From: an uncultured delta proteobacterium
Lineage (GTDB): Bacteria; Desulfobacterota; Desulfobacteria; Desulfobacterales; QNYZ01
Reading direction: 5' to 3'
Length of the DNA stretch: 64,000 nucleotides
Assembly: GCA_963845145.1 (NCBI GenBank)
Contig: CAWJQU010000003.1
Span: 96,001-160,000 of the forward strand
Shown: positions 29,237 through 40,154 of the stretch, piece by piece
How the letters are laid out: every line of letters starts with the position of its first letter
Position numbering within the stretch: the stretch's first letter is position 1
The notes under the pieces: generated by a model
Told to the model about the DNA's origin: nothing
Database searches by the model: none
Seen by the model: only the letters and a program-made list of their open reading frames with translations
Made by a program: the position numbers and the translations under genes

Positions 29237-30111
29237 TATTCAAATTTTCCTTCTCCCAGAAGTCCAAGGGGCTTAAAGGTCAGAATAACTGCCATCATCA
29301 TGTAGACGATAACCATGGCCAGATCAGTGATGAAAAACTCTGCTAGGGTTTGCACCACACCGATTAAGATCGCTGCAAACACGGCCCCCCTTAAACTTCC
29401 TAACCCGCCGATGACAATTACCACAAAGGAGCTGATCAGCATCTCATGGCCCATGAGCGGATCAATCGTTGTTAAGGGGCCAGCGATGATCCCCGCCACC
29501 CCTGCAAGCGCGCATCCCAAGACAAACGCTCCGATGTGAACATAGTTCATATTGAAGCCCAGGCATGAGACCATTTCGGGAATCGTACTGGAGGCTCTCA
29601 GGATCATGCCGAGACGCGTCTTGTTGAGAAATAACATCAGAGCGATCATAACCGCGGCCGTAATCCCAAGCGTGACCAGGCGAAACACCGGGTAGTGGGT
29701 GCCCAGGATAGACAGGGTTTCCTGCATAAATTTGGGCAGCTCAATAAACCGGGGCTCGTTTCCCCAACTTTGTTTGATCAATCCGTCCAAAAAAAACATT
29801 AAACCGTAGGTCAGGATGAGGGTGTAAACCATGGAACGCTTACGCATGGGGGCAATGACGGTACGCTCCAGTATCAACCCCACAAATCCCACGATGATAG
29901 GCGTGATTAGTAAAGCCACAAAGAAGTTCAGGCCTGTGGCCACCAGCGTATAGCCGGTGTAGGCACCGATGGCGTAGAGAGAGCCGTGAGCCAAGTTCAT
30001 CACCCGGCTGAGCCCATAAATAATGTTCAGGCCAATTGCCACGATCAAAAAGACGCCACCAAGAACCAGACTGTTTAATAAAATGTCTACAGCAGTGCCG
30101 ATGCCAATCAT
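29236..30111 (-). CDS. livH: Branched-chain amino acid-type ABC permease
   Basis: GL.IIYG...VMNLAHG, VIGGLGS..GA, P.GLLG. Confidence 0.9.
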   Translation of the reverse strand: MIGIGTAVDILLNSLVLGGVFLIVAIGLNIIYGLSRVMNLAHGSLYAIGAYTGYTLVATGLNFFVALLITPIIVGFVGLILERTVIAPMRKRSMVYTLILTYGLMFFLDGLIKQSWGNEPRFIELPKFMQETLSILGTHYPVFRLVTLGITAAVMIALMLFLNKTRLGMILRASSTIPEMVSCLGFNMNYVHIGAFVLGCALAGVAGIIAGPLTTIDPLMGHEMLISSFVVIVIGGLGSLRGAVFAAILIGVVQTLAEFFITDLAMVIVYMMMAVILTFKPLGLLGEGKFE

Positions 30112-30317
30112 GTTGCTCTCTTTTTACTATTAGCTTTGTAAAATAAAGCGATGCGATCAGGTTTGGATAGATCGTAATTTGACATAGAGCCTGTATTTTT
30201 CCCCTCAGAGGCGGGGAATAGGTAGTACAGATGGTTTCGAGTTGGTCGATGGGCGGCAGAGGGTTGCCCTCGCCCCCCCTGCCGCACCAGATCGTTTACC
30301 CGAAAAAGGTTTCGTTT

Positions 30318-31518
30318 TTATGTTTCCGGGGGTCCCAGTTCGTCGGCTTTAAATGTTTCCAGGACCTTCATGTAGACCTTGGCACCGAAAGGATTCGGTC
30401 GGTGCAGCCATTGTTTCCGTTAAAACAGCGTCATTGCGCATGCAATTGTCTTTATCGGAGATTCTTACCGTCCCGTAGGGGCCGTCGTAACTGATACCTT
30501 TGAGCGCCGCCGCGATGGCCTTGGCATCGGTATTGCCGGCTTTTTCAATGGCGTTAAACAGGTTCATGGCGCCCACATAACTGTGAACTGCAGCATCGGA
30601 CGGAATGGTTTTATATTTTTCGAAAAAAGCGATTTCCCATTTGTCGGAGATGGCATTGTTGACGTCCCAGGACCAGTCCGATGCACCAAAAATGCCGTAA
30701 CAGGCTTCTCCGCCGGCTTCCAGTTCCAAGGGGCCCGGCGCTGCGGCCGATACCAATTTAATACCTTGAGCCTGAATACCAAAATCAGCCGCCTGTTTGG
30801 CAAACACCGGAATGACATTGGTAATAAAAGCCATGTAGATACCGTCCGCTCCAGATGCCTTGATCTTGCTGATGTAAGAGGACCAGTCTTTAGTCTTGAT
30901 GGGCGCCTTGTCAAACTTTTCATTATAGATCTTGATACCGTTTTCTTTTGCAAGTTCAATGAATCGCTCACCAGCGTCATGTCCCCAGGAGTAGTCATGA
31001 ACGAGGACATAATAGGTGCGATCTTTCAGGTCCGGGCGTCGCCAGAATGCCTTTGACATTTCCCACAGCGGTTTGATCGTTGGCCAGTTGACCGCTTCTG
31101 AAAACCAGCGGATGAAGGCCGTAGAATTTGGTGGTCATAACATGGGTGCTGACAAAGGGAACATTGAGTTTGTCGATGTTTTTTGCAAGTAGCGAGTCCC
31201 ACCCCACTGGAAAAGACGCCAATCAGTGCCTTGCAGTCATCCTTATAAACCAATTTTTCAGCTTTGGTCACGGCAACGGGTGGTTTCACCTGGGTATCCT
31301 CCACCATCAGCTCAATGGGCCGGCCCAAAACTGTTCCTTTATCCGCGGCTGCCATCTCGATGCCGTACTTCATTTCCAGCCCACCCTGGGCGACAATACC
31401 GGTTAGGGGTACCAACACACCGATTTTTACAGCTTCTTTGGCCACCTGCCAGTTGTGGAATGACGATCATTAAGGCTGATACAGCACACAGCGTAACTTT
31501 CAAAACCTTCTTCATCAT
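30318..31518 (-). pseudogene. LivJ/K-type substrate-binding protein interrupted by four net +1 frameshifts (possibly assembly error)
   Basis: RBS + MMKK signal peptide at 31518; fragments KIGVLVPLTG, NIDKLNVPFV, DYSWG, GPYG; likely C-terminus ...GPPET with stop at 30318. Confidence 0.8.
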
Positions 31519-31645
31519 CTCCTCCTTTTCATAAAAAATGCATCACTGAAACGGCGCCCGTATCCCCAAGAATACGGGCTCTCAGGTTTGTAACCGATCT
31601 GAAGCGAGTCGTTGCTCGTGAATGACAGCAGAAATATTTCTTAAT

Positions 31646-32966
31646 TTATTCTGCCAAAGCCAAATCGATCAGTTCGGTCAGGTCATGCAGGGTCATCTTG
31701 CTGCCGACCCGTTTGGAGCCCTCGGTAAGATTGAAATAACAAAAGGGACATATGGAAACCATTTTTTCAGCGCCGGTCTCTTCGCCTTCCTGGATACGCA
31801 GGCCCGCATTTTTTCCGGCCCAGTCTGTAAACCCGGTCATGACTCCGCCGCCGCCGCCGCAGCAGTAACGAATTGCCGCGAATCCGGTCCATCTCCATAA
31901 ATGTCACCCCGGGGATGGCCTGAATGATCTCTCGAGGCATGTCATACATGCACTCGCTTTCGTCCACATCCACTAAGGCCCCTTCCCATAGGTCGTCGCC
32001 GGTCTTCGTCCACATTGAACTTGTTCAAATGGCGACCGGTATGGCAAGGATCATGATAGGTAACCTTCCATGGTAGTTCTTTTTCAAATTTCAGCTTTCC
32101 TGTCTTTCATCAATTGGTAGAGAAACTGCACCGTGTGGACGATCTCAATGCCGTCCATCATTTGGTCGTAATCCGAGGAGAGAATATAATCTTTTTTAAT
32201 CGCCCGGAAACAACCGGCGCAAGAGGTTACAATGGTTTTTACGCCTTTTTCCGCGTGAAGTTTTTGGAATGTCTCCAGGTTGTTGGTGGCCACCCGTTTG
32301 AATTCTTCAGCATCGCCAACCCGCATGGCCGTGGACCCACAGCAGACTTCATTTTCTCCTAAAATACCGAAGTCAAGCCCAAGTCTTCTGAAAGATACGT
32401 GCCGTAGCCTGGGGAACGGAACGCGCCGTTTTATTGAATGCGCCGGTGCACCCACATAAAAAAATCTTCCGCCGGTTCTTTGTTTATATCCTTGATGGGT
32501 GTTTTGGCCTTTTTAAAGGGCGGGTCCAGTCCATCCGTACCCGGCGGGGACCCTGGTAGGGATTGTTGTAGTTTTTCATGGACTTGACCAGGTTTTTTTG
32601 CGCCGGCAATGGCCCGGCACCACTTTCCACCGCTTCACGGCGCAAGGCTTCGATAAGTTCCGGGATGTGCGGTTTGAAGTCCACTTGGCACTGGGTCTGA
32701 CATCCGCCACAAACCGTGCACTTGTAGATTGCTTCCAGAAAATCAGGGTCTTCAAAGGTAAGGGTGCCATCAGAAACACCCCGAGCATAAGCAGCCTTGC
32801 CTTTGGACGAATAATACCCCTCAAATCCAAATTCCGTTCCAGCCGGACAGATTGGTCCGCTGGCCGGCGGGGGGCCGAAGTCGTAGGCGGATCGGCAGGT
32901 GCCGCAAGCCGTACAGCGCCAAAAATATTGTTCAAGATCTTTTAGCGAAGAGATTTTCCATTCCAT
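31646..32966 (-). pseudogene. GlcF/HdrD-like (Fe-S)-binding protein with two CCG domains, multiply frameshifted
   Basis: CTACGTC, CTVCGGCQTQC, VCCGS..SCAGC and ICPFC distributed over 4 or more ORF fragments. Confidence 0.82.
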
Positions 32967-33082
32967 ATATTCCTCCAATATTCAATTTGTTTTTTTCAGC
33001 TCTTACTAAAAAGCTGGCAAGGCAATGCGAGGAGGTGCTAACTGGCGGGCCTGCCGGCATAGTTGGGTCCTCCCGGTGTACT

Positions 33083-34537
33083 TCAAATTCCCAATTTTCC
33101 AGGATTCATAATATCATTGGGATCCAACATCTCCTTCACCCGTTTTAGCAACATCAGATAGCCGGGATGGGCACGTTTATTGATTTCGTTTCCAAAATCA
33201 ACCGGCGGCTTGTAGGGGATACCGCCATTGTCCAGATCAACCTTTAAACACTCCACAATCGCCTTGCGTGCATTTTCCGTCTCTTCCGGGCTTTGCTTGT
33301 TGAACGGAATCATGGCCCGCAGCATGCCGTAATGAACCCCTCGATACATACTCATTCGAACGGAAGGCGACAGGTTGTGCTCAATGAGCAATTTTTTCCA
33401 CGCCGTGTACACCGGCGCCCATTTGTTGGCCGGGGTAAAAGTGCCCGGCCATGAAATACCGGCACCGGCCATCTTGCAGTAGTTTTTCGTAGAGCCGACA
33501 ATCTGGCTGGGAAGCTGGGTCCGGGCGCGCAATGCCTCTTCGGGATATTGGGTCACCTTCAGAGAGCTCCCTTTCTTTTTCCTCGTCTGCCACCACCATT
33601 TGCCAAATCTCCTCTCGGGCCTCTTTTTCTTTTTCCGTAAAAGAGTTGGTGTTGGCAAAGCTGAACCATTCCGGCTGATCATCCGGCTTTTCACAGATAC
33701 GGATAGGGGATCGGCACCTGGGCCAGCCACCAGGAGACAGCCGTCAAGTCATCGCAGATTTCATAATTAGCTCAGATTGTGCATATAGGAATACATATCT
33801 TCGACATTGTCACAGGAGACCGTAAACACCTTAAGCACCGGTGGAATGGGATGAACGCCGATACCCAGTTTTGTCACGATACCGGTGCCCCCCAACCAAC
33901 CCTTAAACAACCCATCCAGCTTAGGTAACGGCAGGGTGCTGTGCCAGGCATCCTCGACAATGGCGCAGGAGCCAACGCGCACCAGCTCACCTGTTGGCAG
34001 CACCACCTCCATGCTGGTAATCTCCTGGCTGTTAAGCCCGTAGCGGGCATTCAGCCCACCGATGCCATGGTTAATGGCACAGGATGACACGGATGCGGAC
34101 GGTGGCCCCACCGGCCAGCCGAAGCGCAGCTTATGTTTGTGGAGGGCTTCCGCCAGTTGTCCATGGGAAACACCCGGTTCGATCACGGCATAATGGGATT
34201 CGGCATCGATTTTAATAATTTTGTTCATGCGTTTTAGATCAAGAAGGATACCACCGCGTTCCGGGATGCAAAGGCCACCGATGTTGGTGCCGGCAGTAAA
34301 AGGGATCACCGGTATTTTCTCCTGGTTGGCAAATCGCATGAGTTCCTGGATCTGTTCCACTGTCTCAGTTAGCACGACATAGTCCGGCAGCTTTGGCAGC
34401 ACGAACGACATGTCATAGGAATAGGCATACCGGACATGTTTTTCTGCCGTGGCGTTTTTCTCGCCGACAATACGCTTCAATTCTTTGACGACTCTATCTT
34501 GTTCTTTTGATTCTTTTGGCATCTCAGTCACGATCAA
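33083..34537 (-). pseudogene. GlcD/D-lactate dehydrogenase-like FAD-binding oxidoreductase, multiply frameshifted
   Basis: FAD_binding_4 (AGTN, EPGV, EVVLPTG, GIVTK) and C-terminal K...DPNDIMNPGK in separate frames. Confidence 0.82.
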
Positions 34538-34790
34538 CCCTCCTTCGAGATTGTATTTCTAAGAGAAGTATCCATCCTATCTACTTAATCGTTTTCGCCG
34601 GTTCCCAGCCTGTTTTTGTACGCACCACGGGAATGTGTTTTTATAGCCTACAGCGGTTTTCTGCGAGACACAGACAATTTATCAATTCAATCAAGAGTTA
34701 ACGGTATGTCTCTCTTGATGTTCAAGCCTAAGTGAACGATTGGAAGTACATTTGCACCAAGTTTGACCAAGTATGATTGGCCGTAAAGGG

Positions 34791-35510
34791 TCACCTTTCA
34801 AACGGTGCATCAGCATCGCAATAGGCCGCCATCATATCATCTACTTCCTGTATGTGCTGCAGCATGGCTTTTCGGGCACGTTCCGGGCTTCGATCACGCA
34901 GAGCGTCAACGATATGTTCATGCGCCTGGAGTACCCGAACTGAAAAGTTGTTATCCAGCTCAAGCTGCAGCTTGATGTTTACAATGGCGTTTTTTAATGA
35001 ATCGATAACGAAGCATACCAAACGGTTGCCGCTTATTTCGGCAACTCTATGATGAAAATATGTATCCAGCTCATAGAAAAAAGCATCTTTATTTAGCACT
35101 TTTCTTGTTTGGACAAGGTTTTGCTCGAGGTCGGCTAGGTCCACGGGTGTTATTTTTTGAGCGGCAATCTCGGCAGCTGCCGGTTCAATAAAGGACCTAA
35201 GTTCTGTAAATTCATGAATGGAGGGATTCTGAAAGAAAATATAATTGAACATGTTATTTCGCGCTGTTCTCAGGTCGACCTCACTCACGAAGGCGCCACC
35301 TGTCATACCCTGGCGGATTTCAAGCAATCCCATGGCTTCTAATGCGCGAAAGGCCTCTCTTAAGGATGATTTGCTGACTTCAAACTTTTTGGACAGCTCT
35401 TTTTCAGAAGGTAAACGGTCGCCAGCTTTCAGCTCGCCGCATAAGATGGCCTCGCGGATTTGATCGATGATATTGGTCGATAATCGTTTGGACTTTGCGG
35501 TTTTGAACAT
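34791..35510 (-). CDS. FadR/GntR-family transcriptional regulator
   Basis: GDRLPSEKEL...F.VS..SLREA, FH, H..I..A; start MFKT at 35510. Confidence 0.93.
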   Translation of the reverse strand: MFKTAKSKRLSTNIIDQIREAILCGELKAGDRLPSEKELSKKFEVSKSSLREAFRALEAMGLLEIRQGMTGGAFVSEVDLRTARNNMFNYIFFQNPSIHEFTELRSFIEPAAAEIAAQKITPVDLADLEQNLVQTRKVLNKDAFFYELDTYFHHRVAEISGNRLVCFVIDSLKNAIVNIKLQLELDNNFSVRVLQAHEHIVDALRDRSPERARKAMLQHIQEVDDMMAAYCDADAPFER

Positions 35511-35609
35511 GAGAACCTGTATGAATATAAATGGTGTTTTTATAGCAACGCAGGCTTTGTACACCCTTCATTGCCATACGCGTTTACAACTGTCAATAAA
35601 ATTTTTAAA

Positions 35610-35634
35610 TATTAAAACATCAGATGTTTTAATA
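35610..35634. promoter_or_regulatory. 25-bp palindromic operator TATTAAAACATC-A-GATGTTTTAATA between back-to-back TTGACA boxes
   Basis: 12-bp perfect arms; TTGACA on - at 35591-35596 and on + at 35643-35648. Confidence 0.75.
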
Positions 35635-35813
35635 CTTTATTATTGACAATTTTTTTCCCCTTGATTATAGCCGTCCTTATTAGTAATGCGGGTGGTTCCA
35701 CAACTACCCACGGACATACCTAACCTCTAAAAACAATCGCGCCTGTTTAAAAGTGACTCTTTTTACTTACATAGACTGATGCGGCAATCAGCAAATCAAC
35801 TTAGGGGATACAC

Positions 35814-36176
35814 ATGGGAATCATAATCGATGCGCAAAAATGCACGGGTTGTATGGCATGTGAGATGGCATGCGGTTACCATCGGGATGACGGATTTGCA
35901 CTCCTTTCCTCCTGCATTTTGGCCTACCGGACAAAAGAAAAAAAAGATTATTTCGGAGTGATTCTGAAACTTGAGGAAGAGTTGTTAGTCGCCCGGCCCG
36001 AAGGGACTGAAATCAAACGGATCGGTGAAACCGAAGAGGCTTCCGATTCGGCCAAGCCGGCGGATGCCTCGGCCAAGCCGATGTTGTTGCGGGAAGCATG
36101 CGATCTTTGTGAGGAGATGGATCTGGGACCCATGTGCGTTAAATTTTGTCCGGTTGGGGCCATTATTGAAGGCTGA
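35814..36176 (+). CDS. 4Fe-4S ferredoxin-like protein (AOR-associated type)
   Basis: CTGCMACEMAC and CDLC...CVKFCPVGAI. Confidence 0.88.
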   Translation: MGIIIDAQKCTGCMACEMACGYHRDDGFALLSSCILAYRTKEKKDYFGVILKLEEELLVARPEGTEIKRIGETEEASDSAKPADASAKPMLLREACDLCEEMDLGPMCVKFCPVGAIIEG

Positions 36177-36235
36177 AAATAACCAACAATCCATCATCCC
36201 AATGCTATAGGCCTGATTTAAAAGCTTGCACAACC

Positions 36236-36336
36236 TTGCTCGGCTTTTGACTCGTTTTCGGCGTTACCCCAAAGGTTATATCCTAAAAGGATGAGCCCCT
36301 TGAGGCGTTTTGAATACGGGCCGAAATCCGATGCAA
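36236..36336. repeat. ~100-bp imperfect palindrome between ferredoxin and AOR-like genes
   Basis: TTGCTCGGCTTTTGACTCG...ATCCT-AAA-AGGAT...CGGGCCGAAATCCGATGCAA. Confidence 0.65.
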
Positions 36337-36398
36337 CCTCGCACTACTTATTTACGCGCTAACCCTTGGCCCCAATGGGTCAAAAAAGGAGAAAAAAT

Positions 36399-37715
36399 AT
36401 GGAATACTTATCTGCCGGTAAAATTCTGGTCGTGGACCTGGGCAATTCAGAAGTAACGGAAGATGAGCTCTCTGACGAGCTGGTTGCAGAGAAAATAGGC
36501 GGCGCTGCCATCACCAGGCATCTCTATGATCAGCATATAGATGGGGACCCTGTTGTAATCGGTACCGGGTTGTTGACCGGAACCCTCTTTCCTGCATCTT
36601 CGACCAGTGTTATCACTGCCAAAAGCCCCGTGACCGGTCTTGTATGCCATTGCCCCGTTACCTTGAAGGTTGGCCTGGAGATCCAGTATGCCGGGTTTGA
36701 CTACATCGTCATTAAAGGAAATTCGCCCACGCCGGCATTCTTATGGATTCACGACGGAGTGGCAGATGTCAGCGATGCTTCGGATGTATGGGGCAAGGAT
36801 GTATGGGAGACCACTGCCGTATGGCGTCAGACCATGGGAGATGATTTAATTCAGACCTTGGTTATCGGTCCGGCCGGAGAGCAGGGGTCTGATTTGGCAC
36901 AGATTTGCAGCAATTATTGGGCTAGCGGTGACCGCTGGGGTTTTGGCAAATGTTTAGGAATAAAGAACCTTAAAGGGCTCGCGTTTCGCGGAATGGGGTT
37001 ACTGGAGATTGCGGATGCCGAAGAATTCATCGAACTCTCATTAGATGTATTGGAGGAATTAAAAGAGAGCGCTTTTGTAGGGCACCGGGGGATTGGAGAT
37101 TTGGGAGAAGCTCTGGGGGAAACCGGCCTCAAAGAGTGGCTGGCTCCAGTGGTCCATCGCCATAGCGCCTGCTATAACACACCTTATCCCACCAACACCT
37201 TTGCCTTTCTTGATGAAGACCCCCAAAAGATGGAAGAGCCCGAGAACGAAGAGCCGGGTTTCCTGATCACAGACCTGTTTGGTCTTATCGGGTTTAAAAA
37301 GGCCGGCTTTGGCGTTAAAGACGCCTGTGAGCTGCTTAAAGCCTGTGCGCGATACGGCATTGATGCGGTTGGGGTTGCCGAACAAAGCCTCGCTGCGGGG
37401 AAGACATCCGTTGCGGAAATCACGAGTTCACTATCAGATTTCACGGGGGATGTGACCCGACCGGGAAAGGGTATTTTTAGTCCGTGGTGCCCCACGCAGC
37501 CGCTATTCGGAGAATTTGAAGACGCGGGAGCCGATGTGGCGGCCTGGTGGGAACGGCGCATGGCCGTTGCCTATATATTTGGTATCCATCCGATCTTTGC
37601 GGTAATGAGTCCGGAGATCGTTGAAGATGATCTGGTGGAAATCGCTCGTATCGGGACTGAATTGGAGATCAGTCAAGAAACCCTGGACAAAGCTGTCGCC
37701 GGCCTGATGATTTAG
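36399..37715 (+). CDS. Aldehyde:ferredoxin oxidoreductase-like protein, shortened and degenerate
   Basis: AFOR N-domain motifs KILVVDL, AKSPVTG, AGFDYIVIKG, IGPAGE, KNLK; only 438 aa. Confidence 0.82.
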   Translation: MEYLSAGKILVVDLGNSEVTEDELSDELVAEKIGGAAITRHLYDQHIDGDPVVIGTGLLTGTLFPASSTSVITAKSPVTGLVCHCPVTLKVGLEIQYAGFDYIVIKGNSPTPAFLWIHDGVADVSDASDVWGKDVWETTAVWRQTMGDDLIQTLVIGPAGEQGSDLAQICSNYWASGDRWGFGKCLGIKNLKGLAFRGMGLLEIADAEEFIELSLDVLEELKESAFVGHRGIGDLGEALGETGLKEWLAPVVHRHSACYNTPYPTNTFAFLDEDPQKMEEPENEEPGFLITDLFGLIGFKKAGFGVKDACELLKACARYGIDAVGVAEQSLAAGKTSVAEITSSLSDFTGDVTRPGKGIFSPWCPTQPLFGEFEDAGADVAAWWERRMAVAYIFGIHPIFAVMSPEIVEDDLVEIARIGTELEISQETLDKAVAGLMI

Positions 37716-37751
37716 AGCCTTTGCGATGGCATTCCGAGGTGTTAATCTGTA

Positions 37752-39122
37752 ATGACATATGCAACCACTGAAGATCATTATGCGGTAAACAATGCCCGGT
37801 TGACCCGTGGAGAGAAGCTGTTTTTGTCCGACAATTTTGGCACGCGGATCTCTGATAAGACACACTCTGGCTGCCGGCCGCTCAAATATCCGCATATCGG
37901 CGTATATGCCGGTGACGGCACCTCACATTCCTGGTTGTGGTTTATCGATATTTTTGACCGCATGGGCTTTCATTCGATATCGATATTAGATGAATCCGAT
38001 GTGTTGGCCGGGCGTCTCAACGAAGTGGACGTACTGGCGGTTTCCGGCGGTGACACCATAGCCATCGCCAAGGCTTTGGGGCCGGACGGTGCACAGAAGC
38101 TGGCGAGGTTCATTGCGGGCGGCGGGGTGTACCTTGGATCCTGTGCCGGGGCTTATCTCGTCATGAATTCTTCCAAACCCCACTTATGCCATTTTAACTT
38201 TGCCGCTGTAAAAATTACCAATCTCAGCAAGCACTTGCCGTCATGCCACGGTATGTTGCATAAATTTTCCCAGGCCTACGGATGTGGTTATATTTTTCAC
38301 CCGGTACGTGAAGCGGTGGGTTTACAGCTGTCCGGTGAGCTGCCGTTTAGGGGAGAGTCATCGCTTAGGGCACCACTATACGGTGGTCCGGGAATGCACA
38401 TTTCCAAAGGGAAAGGGGCCCAAGTGCTGGCCACCTACGAACGTTTTACGGATAAGACCCAGTATTTGGTGGACAAGGCACTGGCCCATGATACCCTGAT
38501 CAACACAGCTGCGGCGGTTCGGGCAAAAATGGGCAAGGGGTGCATGTATCTTTTCGGTCCGCATTTCGAACACCCGCATTACCCCCAAGCCAACCGCCTG
38601 GTGGCGGATGCCGTCTATTGGGACCTGGGGCGAAAGCCGGCGGTCGACCCGCCGCTGTCATTAGATGCAAAACCACTGTCCACAGCCGATAGTGCGGCGC
38701 TGATTCTTACCTTGCGGCGGGAATTGAGCAATTCAAGAATAGTAGCCACCGGTCTGGAAATGATGTCGGTGAGGTGGCGGATTGGGGCTAAAATATACGA
38801 ACCTGAGAAGATTAGGGTTTTTCTTGAATCCATGTGGCGCCGCCTGAAACCGCTGGAGAAAAGTGGTCGGATGTTCATCGAAGCTGGAACACAGAAGGCG
38901 TTGATTGCCGATGCCCGTGAAACCACGGCCTTGCTTCGCCGACTTAAGGCTGAAATTGATAAAAACAACGACACCGGAGATATTGCCCGCAGGCTATTTC
39001 ACTTGCTGCACCGGTATTCAATGGTGTTTTTAGAACTTTATTTTCGCGCGGTATCGATAAAACAGCAGGATAGAAGTAAAGAACCGGAAGTGGGGAGTCC
39101 TAAGGATTTTAAATGGATTTAA
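37752..39122 (+). CDS. BPL-N / class I glutamine-amidotransferase-like domain protein
   Basis: SGG, GG.YLGSCAGAY nucleophile elbow, GPHFE. Confidence 0.78.
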   Translation: MTYATTEDHYAVNNARLTRGEKLFLSDNFGTRISDKTHSGCRPLKYPHIGVYAGDGTSHSWLWFIDIFDRMGFHSISILDESDVLAGRLNEVDVLAVSGGDTIAIAKALGPDGAQKLARFIAGGGVYLGSCAGAYLVMNSSKPHLCHFNFAAVKITNLSKHLPSCHGMLHKFSQAYGCGYIFHPVREAVGLQLSGELPFRGESSLRAPLYGGPGMHISKGKGAQVLATYERFTDKTQYLVDKALAHDTLINTAAAVRAKMGKGCMYLFGPHFEHPHYPQANRLVADAVYWDLGRKPAVDPPLSLDAKPLSTADSAALILTLRRELSNSRIVATGLEMMSVRWRIGAKIYEPEKIRVFLESMWRRLKPLEKSGRMFIEAGTQKALIADARETTALLRRLKAEIDKNNDTGDIARRLFHLLHRYSMVFLELYFRAVSIKQQDRSKEPEVGSPKDFKWI

Positions 39123-39253
39123 CATTTCGAAAATCACCGGTGCTTTTACATGTCGTTGTGACGCAGAGAGGTCATGGTTGTTAGCCAGAAAGAGTGAGCA
39201 GATCACATCTTGCGGTTTCTGATCACTAATTATCGCTCACTTAGGAGAAAAGA

Positions 39254-40153
39254 TTGAATCATCAAGATGCCCGAAGTGGGTCACGCAACATTTGCTGCCT
39301 ATACACTGTCTTGTTGTTTGCAGCCGGTTTAGTGCTGTTTAGCGGAAGTTATGCTAAAGCAAATGCCCTGCGCGTATCCGCCTCAACGGGCGAATCAACA
39401 TGGTTTGTCGACATGAATCGGTTTGCCCGATCAGCCCATGCCGCCTTCAGGTGCGACGAATGTCATGGAACAATGATGGAAGCAGGCCGTCAACATCCAG
39501 ATGAAATGCGTCCGGATTTTTTAACGCGATCGGCTACCCGGGCCTATCATTATAGTCGATGCCGAAAATGCCATGAACTCACGTTTATGCGCTACGAGGC
39601 AGGAGGGCATGCCAAGGCCCGGCTGGAAGAGAAAGCCAAGTCGAAGGCGACAAAGGTTGAAACAGAAGAAAAACGGACGGCACCGACCTGCGGCAACTGC
39701 CATGTCTCCCACTATGCCAGGTCCGGCCTGTCCAGGATCGATGTGGGCCGGCGCATGATCGATGTCTGCGGGGGCTGCCACGAGGCGCATACCAACAGTT
39801 ACCTCGATAATATTCATGGCCGACTTGGCGTAGATTTAGAAAATGCCAAAGCCGCTTACTGCACCGACTGCCATGGCGCACATACCGTGGATTCGCTTGA
39901 AAAAGAACAAACCGCACTGACAGCCTGCCGACGATGCCATCGCAAGGCAGAAGAAGAATTTTCCAACATCGTGATTCATGCATCAATGGAGAGCATTTCA
40001 GCCGCGGAATCACCGAAAAGAAAGTCGGTTTTGTGGATTCAACGTGTCCGCTGGATCACTGTAGCCATAGTGGCACTCTCTTTAGCTTTTTTTGTTGTAC
40101 ACAGCTTCTTGTGGCTGCTGCGCGAAATTCATGAAAAATTGAGGAAACACTAG
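39254..40153 (+). CDS. Hexaheme cytochrome c with signal sequence and C-terminal TM anchor
   Basis: Six CxxCH motifs; AGGAG RBS before TTG. Confidence 0.9.
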   Translation: MNHQDARSGSRNICCLYTVLLFAAGLVLFSGSYAKANALRVSASTGESTWFVDMNRFARSAHAAFRCDECHGTMMEAGRQHPDEMRPDFLTRSATRAYHYSRCRKCHELTFMRYEAGGHAKARLEEKAKSKATKVETEEKRTAPTCGNCHVSHYARSGLSRIDVGRRMIDVCGGCHEAHTNSYLDNIHGRLGVDLENAKAAYCTDCHGAHTVDSLEKEQTALTACRRCHRKAEEEFSNIVIHASMESISAAESPKRKSVLWIQRVRWITVAIVALSLAFFVVHSFLWLLREIHEKLRKH

Positions 40154-40154
40154 C

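Noticed and set aside
30318..34537. Selenocysteine read-through or programmed frameshifting as the cause of the broken ORFs
   Set aside because: The breaks I traced are frame changes at scattered non-slippery sites, not in-frame TGA codons at Cys positions
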